Below are positions 55,121 through 64,000 of a stretch of DNA of 64,000 nt, in pieces. This DNA comes from Octopus vulgaris (Eukaryota). Location: contig OX597834.1 in the NCBI GenBank assembly GCA_951406725.2, forward strand, positions 43,462,001 through 43,526,000, written 5' to 3'. The translations under genes and the position numbers were made by a program. A model generated the notes under the pieces. That model was not told the origin of the DNA. It ran no database searches and saw nothing but the letters and a program-made list of their open reading frames with translations. The stretch's first letter is position 1. Each line of letters starts with the position of its first letter.

Positions 55121-55257
55121 AGATATCCAGTTGGTCTGAATTTAGTTTTTAATCATTAGCCTATCTTAACAAACTGTTTGGCAAGATATTCTACTCTGGC
55201 TCGCTTCCAGAACTACATATATTCTAAATAACGTAATTATAGTCACCAACATCATCA

Positions 55258-56048
<791 letters not shown>

Positions 56049-56074
56049 TTATTATTAATATTATCATTATTGAT

Positions 56075-56515
56075 GGATCACCCCGCTGCCTTCCTTTAAC
56101 CGGGAAAGAAAGTCTGTTTTTATATACATGGTGGCCATGGCAAAGGTTGTATGGTGGACGTGATTGAAGGGGCTGAAGACAAACACTTTTCTCTTTGGCC
56201 AAACCCTGACGAACATCTTATAGTTTCACTTGAAAAGGAAAATAAGGTTAGAAAGGGAAGGGTCGTCTTCAAGCCAATTTGCTGAAAAGTGGATGAAAGT
56301 GGATGAAACGCCTGTTGTTGGGAAAAAAGAAAAAAGCACTTGTCCCAAAAGTTAGAGTACCCATGAACGGGCCTCGAACGTCTCCTCACTATTAAAATCT
56401 TGTTAGTCTTGTCTATGCGCAAAACCCTTACAACAACACACTCACTGTCTTTGCTTTGTCCTGTGCCGTCCATAATGCATTTCTTAATTTAGTACTTTGT
56501 GATCAATAAAGAAAT
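56075..56515 (+). mobile_element. L1/Tx1-clade LINE 3' end (ORF2 C-terminus + 3' UTR)
   Basis: PLPSFNRERKSVFIYMVAMAKVVWWT*LKGLKTNTFLFGQTLTNIL*FHLKRKIRLEREG..SQFAEKW; AATAAA near 56505. Confidence 0.6.
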
Positions 56516-56549
56516 CATTATTATTATTATTATTATTATTAGTAGTAGT

Positions 56550-56621
<72 letters not shown>

Positions 56622-56625
<4 letters not shown>

Positions 56626-56850
56626 CAGCGAACTGGCAGATTCTTTAGGACACCGGGGGAAATGCTTAGCGGTAATTTCGGCCGCCGTTACGTTCTGAGT
56701 TCAAATTCCGTCATGGTCAGACGGACGGAATTTATCCTTCCGGCGTCGATTAAATAAGTACCAGTTACACACTGGGAACAATATAAGCGACTTAATCCCT
56801 TTGTCCTTTGTTGGTTTCCTCTATGTTTAGCCACCAGTGGACAATAATGA

Positions 56851-56852
<2 letters not shown>
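56622..56852 (+). mobile_element. SINE family A
   Basis: GCGAACTGGCAGA..GAAATGCTTAGCGGT..GTCGATTAAATAAGTACCAGTT. Confidence 0.8.
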
Positions 56853-56886
<34 letters not shown>

Positions 56887-57016
56887 TACAATAATAATAA
56901 TAATAACAATAATGACTTCATTTATTTGCTACAAGGGCAAATAATTAGAATAATAATATTGAAAATAATAATCAATGCCGTAGTAGTAGTAATAGTAGTA
57001 GTTGTATTATTATTAT

Positions 57017-57061
<45 letters not shown>

Positions 57062-57903
57062 GTCTCATTTCAGTGACGTGTTTCCATAAGTTTTCCCACC
57101 GTAGATTCTCTTTCAGTTAAATATTAAACGAAGCCGTGAATTGACTCTATAAAGGCAATTATGTGACATTGTCATTATTTAACACGTTTCCATGCGTTCC
57201 TTTCGCTATTCTCGTTGTTGATCTTCTTCTTGTAGTTGTTGTTGTTGTTGTTGTTGTTGCTATCGTTGTTTTTATTGCTTCTGTTGGTTTTATTGTTGTT
57301 GTCGCTGTCGAACATGTAACAACTATAGAGGCCATTCAAGAATGTTTGAATGAAAGACGAAGAGAAAAAAACAAAAATAACTGCTCGAAAATCAAAAATT
57401 CCCACGTAATTCTTTAAATCTGAGCATAATGTCAATACCCAATAACACCAAGATAAGAATCCTTAAAATGGTGGGAGCGTGGAATATTGGCGGCACCGAG
57501 AGAAAAGGTCATTGAAGTTCATGTTAAGTTCACTGTTGAAGTACAGTGGATTGGCAGATTCTGTAGAACTGTAGAACAAAGTGTCAGGCGCGCCTTTGAT
57601 TCTTACGTCGCCTTAAGATCTGAGTTCGATTTATACTTAAGTCAACGCTCATCGTTTCGGATGTTGATAACGTAAGTGGAAATACGATAGCGATGTCATT
57701 AGTTCATAGCTTATATACACGAAGGGAAGATGTGTGTGTGTGAGACAGAGCTTATGAGAGTGCGCGTGTGTTTCTGTGTGTATGCTCATGTATGTAAGCA
57801 TGTGTGTATGAATGTGTGTATACACACATATATATATAAACACAACACAAACACACACATATATATAAATGTGTCTTTATACATATAAATATAGGCAAGC
57901 AAT

Positions 57904-57982
<79 letters not shown>

Positions 57983-58019
57983 GAAAATATATAAATGGAA
58001 TATTGTATATATATATAAA

Positions 58020-58140
58020 TAAATACAAGTCTTTTTACGTTTCGAGCCTACGCTCTTCTACAGAAATACACAGAAAAGAAACACGGAGAGAAACGAGGAG
58101 AGAAAAAAAAATTCGATAGCCACTATACAGGTAACTGTTA
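58020..58140 (-). mobile_element. PLE-associated terminal repeat containing a variant minimal hammerhead
   Basis: Minus strand TTT-CTGTAGA-A-GAGC-GTAG-GCTC-GAAA-CGTA-AAA (58033-58066), embedded in (TA)n. Confidence 0.55.
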
Positions 58141-58664
58141 ATCGGTAGCTATATATTTTTATATAAATACATAATCAAAACAAAAAATGGAACAAGAGTG
58201 TAACAGGCGACAACAAAATATTCGGACAGTGGGTGATACTGTCTTTGTAGTTTTGGCTCGTTACTTTCGAGACTGCTCGAATCCTGCCAGCCCCAAGGAA
58301 ATCTCAGAGAAGAGCACTAGATTCTTTGGAAGAAACCAAGCGAATGTATACGAAAACTAGATGAAAATAAATAAATATATATATATATATATTTATATTA
58401 TATTGAGGTACTGAAATCACAGGTGATATGTAACTAAATTCTATTTTTAAATGACTTGCTTTGAAGTTTTGATTCGGTAAAATTTTGTTTATTTTAGTAA
58501 TTTTGACCGCATTGGTCTCTCTAGCGTGCGGTATCTATGAATAGTACCCTCAATATAATATAAATAAATATTTTCAAAGTGGAAAAATTTACGGATTTTT
58601 CTCTTCCGAGGTTTTTCACGCTAACTACTGATAATTTCTTATAAAGATTTTATCCTCAATTGTA

Positions 58665-58721
<57 letters not shown>

Positions 58722-58724
<3 letters not shown>

Positions 58725-58909
58725 TGTGTCCTTCTGATAAGAAATTCGCTTCGCAACCATAGGATTTTGGATTCAGTCCCACTGCGCGGCACCTTGGGTA
58801 GATGTCTTCTAATATAGTCTCAGCCCGACCAAAACCTTCTGAGTGGGTTTGATAGAAAGTGTAAGAAGCCCGTCGTATAATAACACACACACATACACAC
58901 AGACACACA

Positions 58910-58958
<49 letters not shown>

Positions 58959-59368
58959 ATAAACATATATATATATATACGACGGGCTTCTTTCACTTTC
59001 GTCGCCATGATTGACGCTAGCTACTAAAGACTTTTTTCTTTTTTCCCTCTGTCTATTTTCTCGTGTTCCTTTCAGCTGGAGACGTAAAAGACTTCCTCAC
59101 TCTCCCGAGCGCTAAACTAATTCACCTGTCTTCGTCTTTTGTAAATTCCAAACATATATACATATTTTATTGTGTATATTCGTGTCACCATTGTGAGAAC
59201 AGGTGTTGGTGCGTTTAGATACACGTAACTTAGTGGTTCGTCAAAAGATACCAGTAAAATAATTACAAGGCTTAGAAAACAACGCACTTAGGTCGATTCG
59301 TTTGATTAAATTTCTTCAACTCGGTGCTACAGCATGGCCACCGCATAATGACTTAAAGATAGGAGATG
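58722..59368 (+). mobile_element. SINE family B interrupted by (CA)n and a PLE-type repeat
   Basis: 5' half 58722-58880, 3' half about 59170-59368; insert 59027-59155 related to 58020-58140. Confidence 0.7.
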
Positions 59369-59384
59369 ACAGATTTTTCTTCTT

Positions 59385-59486
<102 letters not shown>

Positions 59487-59735
59487 CAATATTAATGAGT
59501 TTTACTAACCGTTTTTCTGTAATTATTCTTCTATAATATCCCCACCCTCCCTACCCTAACCCCTGTAATATCGTCTCGAATGTCTGTCACATCAACAGGA
59601 AGTGCGTTAGTCAAGAGCGACAATAGAAGAAAATACTTCAAATGAAAAAAAGCTGATGGATTTGGTGGAATGTAAATAAATAAAGAGAGATGGAAAGAAA
59701 TAAAGAGACGTAGTGAAAGAGTTAGAGAAGGAGAA

Positions 59736-59776
<41 letters not shown>

Positions 59777-60094
59777 GGTTGTTGGGGGTAGGGGGAGGTA
59801 GAAGGAAGGGGAGTTGGTGTAAGTCTGTGGTTTTTATGATAGCACCAACGTTAAACGCATGCGGATGGCGAGAATAAGAGCTAAAGAAAGAGAGAGAGAG
59901 AGGGGGGAAGAAAGAGAGAGAGAGAGAGAATGAATGAGGGTGAAAGGGATGCAGTAATACCAAGTTCTATGAAGGGAGGGTATGTGGAAGGAACGAAAAA
60001 CCAGACAGCTAATAGGGTAAGGATTCAGCGGTTAAAGAGAATAACGGTTTGAGAGAGGGAAAGAAGACAGAGTTAGAGAGAGAACGACTAAGTT

Positions 60095-60684
<590 letters not shown>

Positions 60685-61054
60685 GTTGTGAGAGAAAGAG
60701 AGAGTTGTCAGGGAAATAACAGATGTGTTCATAATTACACGTCTAATCGTTTCCTTTCATAACAGAGATCAGCTTATTAATGGTTTTATGACGTCATCGT
60801 CTGTGGCATTTCATTCAGCGAGCTGTGTCTCGATGTGATCTCACGATATGCAAGAAGTAACGGTCAAAGCTAACGAAAAATGTATGTCCTCTGTTGTGAA
60901 AAGGAAGGACTTACTTAATTATGCAACCACTCATTGCAAGAATGGGGCGGGGTGGTGGCTGCGATTGATAACTGGAACTCTTGGATCCATCAAGAGTTGA
61001 TGGATAGAATGGTTGGCAGCAACGTAGAAGTGGTGGTAGGATAGTGCTAGTGAC

Positions 61055-61492
61055 GATGATGATGATGATGATGCTGAAGATGATGATGATGATGACGATG
61101 GTGATGATGATGATGATAATGTGATGTTGATGTGGACGAGGAGGATAATGATAATGATGGTGATGATGAAGATGATGATGGTGGTGCTGATAATGATGAT
61201 GATGACGATAATGATGATGATGATGATGATAATGATGATGATGATGCTGAAGATGATGATGATGCTGACGATAATGATGAAGATGATGATGATAATGTGA
61301 TGATGATGATGATGCTGAAGATGATGATGATGATGTGATGATGATGGTGATGATGAGGAGGAGGAGGATAATAATAATGATGATGATGATAAAGATAATG
61401 ACGATGGTGGTGCTGATAATGATGATGATGACGATAATGATGAAGATGATGATGACGATGATGATGATGATCATCATCATCATCATCATCAT
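61055..61492. repeat. (GAT)n degenerate array ending in (CAT)n
   Basis: Direct inspection. Confidence 0.95.
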
Positions 61493-61497
61493 GTATT

Positions 61498-61702
61498 TAT
61501 GTGTTTCTGTTTTTCCCTCACCCCACCATCGCTTGCCAACCGATGTTGGTGTGCTTCCGTCCCCGTAACTTAGTGATTCGGCTTGTGAGACCGATAGAAT
61601 AAGTACCAGGCTTACAAAGAATAAGTCCTGGAGTCGATTTGTTCGACTAAAGGCGGTGCTCCAGCATTGCCGCAGTCAAATGACTGAAACAAATAAAATA
61701 AC
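61498..61702 (+). mobile_element. SINE family B 3' half
   Basis: CGCTTGCCAACCGATGTTGGTG..TAAGTACCAGGCTTACAAAG..TGACTGAAACAA. Confidence 0.85.
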
Positions 61703-62016
61703 AAGTTGCGTCATAGAGATCTGAAAGCTACAAGAGAACGAACGCAGGATTAATTCAAAACAAGGTGAATAAATAAGCGTTTCATTTGACAGAATAATTT
61801 GAATCATAAAGGGTTAAAGCTGTAGAACTATGATCAGAGGCAATCCTGCCATGACCAACTCGACGATTTAGGAAAATATCTGGATCTACAATGTGTAGCA
61901 TGTCTTTTTCTCGTGTCTGTAATTTGAGGGAGACGTAAGGGCCCTGTTTGCGAGCCGTGCAACAACACAAAAGCACTTTATCAGCCAAAATAAGAGGACA
62001 GCCGTGGTCACGTGTT

Positions 62017-62162
62017 TCTTATTTCTTTATTGCCCACAAGAGGCTAAATATATAGAGGGGACAAACAAGGACAGAAAAAGGGATTAAATCGATTACATCG
62101 ACACCAGTGTGTAACTGGTACTTAATTTATTGACCCCGAAAGGATGAAAGGCAAAGTCTACT
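62017..62162 (-). mobile_element. SINE family A 3' part
   Basis: ATTTCTTTATTGCCCACAAG..GACCCCGAAAGGATGAAAGGCAAAGTC. Confidence 0.85.
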
Positions 62163-62232
62163 TAATATATTACGTAGATATATATAATACATATACGTAA
62201 TATGTAGTATATATATAATATATATATATGTA

Positions 62233-62263
<31 letters not shown>

Positions 62264-62419
62264 TTATATATGAGGATATCGATATTTAAGTATAATATTA
62301 TCATGTAATATATATATTAAAATAGGGTGTTGATATTCGAATTCTATATATATATATATATATATAATGTGTAATATATAAAATACATAAATTTATGTAA
62401 TGTATATGTATATATTACG

Positions 62420-62452
<33 letters not shown>

Positions 62453-62721
62453 TAATAAATAAAGCATATGCATATATACATACATATATGTACGTACCTA
62501 CATCTACATGTATATATACATGCATATATGGGTACAGGACACCAAAATACGTCGAACACAATGAGAAGCGAAAACATAAACTCAAAACCAAGGAAATGGA
62601 CATTTTTCTTAAACAACGAAAAAATAGAGTACAGGACAAATAACACAAGGAAAATTCCCCTTCTTCAGTCGCCATGGTTTCATCTACTCTGCGTTTTCGA
62701 AGGTAAGATATATATATATAT

Positions 62722-62873
62722 ATACATACGACAGGCTTCTTTTAGTTTCTGCCTACAATATCCGTCACAAGGTTTCGGTCGGTCCGAGGTTATAGTAGAA
62801 GATGCAGTGGGACAGAACTCAGAAGCATGCGATTGGGAAGAAAGCTTCTTACCACACAGCCAGCGCTGCGCCT
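62722..62873 (-). mobile_element. SINE family B 5' half, degenerate
   Basis: ATACGACAGGCTTCTTTTAGTTTC..TATAGTAGAAGA..CTTCTTACCACACAGCC. Confidence 0.7.
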
Positions 62874-62936
62874 GGAACCTTCTAATCAGTGGAATTAAAT
62901 TCTTTGGGGTTTCTTTTTGGGGGGGGGTGGGGGTTA

Positions 62937-63120
62937 CGTTGTTGTTGTTGCTGTTGCTGCTATTTATCCTCAGTTTAGTGCTCGGTTGAAAAGTCATGTA
63001 TCCTAAATGCATTCCAGCCGCGACCATCCCGCATATTTTGTTAAATCTCACATCATATGCCCACCGCTTATATGATACTGTGGTGAGATTTCAATGCATG
63101 CGACTGCTATTTCTAGCATC
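62937..63120 (-). mobile_element. SINE family E copy
   Basis: (GTT)n, CATTCCAGCCGCGACCATCCC, GACTGCTATTTCTAGCA. Confidence 0.55.
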
Positions 63121-63408
63121 CAAATGCTTTCAAATCGCTGCGTAGAAACTTCCTCGTCCTTATCGTGGTGGTCGCTGTGGTCTTAGTGATGTAACTCCAT
63201 GGGGGTAAGGTTTTTTGGTGGTGTGGGGTACAACGATGGTGGTGGGGCAATGGTGATGGTGAAGGAGGTAAGCGAGGGGAGGTTGATAGTACGGTGGGGG
63301 ATGGGTCTGGATGGGTCAGGAAATACTGCGAAGATAATTGTGTTGGTGGGGTTGGTGACGCAGTATGAGAGACATGGTAGTGCAGTTTGGTAATAATACT
63401 AATATTAA

Positions 63409-63624
63409 GGTGGCGAACTGGCAGAAACGTTAGAACGCCGGGCGAAATGCTTAGCGGCATTTCATCTGTCTTCATGTTCTGAGTTCAAATTCCGCCAAGG
63501 TTGACTTTGCTTTTCATCCTTTCGGGGGTTGATAAATTAAGTACCAGTTTCGTACTGGGGTTGATCTAATAGACTGGCCCCCTCCCCCAAAATGTCGGCC
63601 CTTGTGCCTAGAGTAGAAAAGAAT
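63409..63624 (+). mobile_element. SINE family A, full length with AT-rich TSD
   Basis: Near-consensus; flanks AATACTAATATT / AATAATAATATT. Confidence 0.9.
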
Positions 63625-63919
63625 AATAATATTGTAATGAAAGAAATGAGTATAACAGCAATGGCGGAAAATATACAAGGGTAACAGTGAGAGAGAGAAA
63701 GAGAGAGAGAGAAAGAGAGAGCTATGCCAGAGTGGTGGTGGTAGTGAGATGGACTATGAGGTGGTGGTGGTGGTGATGGTGGGGTTTGTGGTGGTGGCGG
63801 TAGTCTTGCTGCTACTGCTGCTACGGCTGCTGCCGATATGAGGTTGGCGTTAGAGCAATGTTAGAGTTGCGTCGAATTGTCATAATCGATTCACTTTTTC
63901 ATAAAACAAAGCAATATAC

Positions 63920-63957
<38 letters not shown>

Positions 63958-64000
63958 ATACACACACACACATACGCACACACTTATGAACACACACACA

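Noticed and set aside
59664-59685. miR-1-like TGGAATGTAAA (and miR-34-like GGCAGTGTGGTT near 47332)
   Set aside because: Only the first 11-12 nt match and no precursor hairpin is apparent
62630-62700. Third hammerhead (minus-strand CTGAAGAAGGGG)
   Set aside because: No GAAA follows the putative stem II and stems I/III cannot be formed

Overview
Eukaryotic, AT-rich, microsatellite-saturated DNA with the repeat landscape typical of an octopus (coleoid cephalopod) intergenic or intronic region; the organism assignment is an inference from the repeat families. No intact protein-coding gene is supported, and nearly all ORFs in the track are translations of simple repeats. The window holds about 40 tRNA-derived SINE copies from at least five families (my labels A-E), four mariner remnants (one with both TIRs, internally deleted), two non-autonomous Helitrons, RTE and L1/Tx1 LINE fragments, a decayed Penelope-like (PLE) ORF, a 537-bp foldback/MITE and a hAT end. 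Best candidate for an undescribed system: a composite element at 17672-18005 joining a Pol III tRNA-like head, an (AAT)n tract and a PLE-type minimal hammerhead ribozyme with an inverted 5' end (a putative PLE-mobilised 'ribozyme-SINE'). A second minimal-hammerhead family lies near 58.0 and 59.1 kb. Other highlights are SINE tail swapping with target-site duplications (TSDs), SINE stacking at one target motif, and SINE 3' ends that restart internally. Boundaries of degenerate repeats were read by eye and are approximate.
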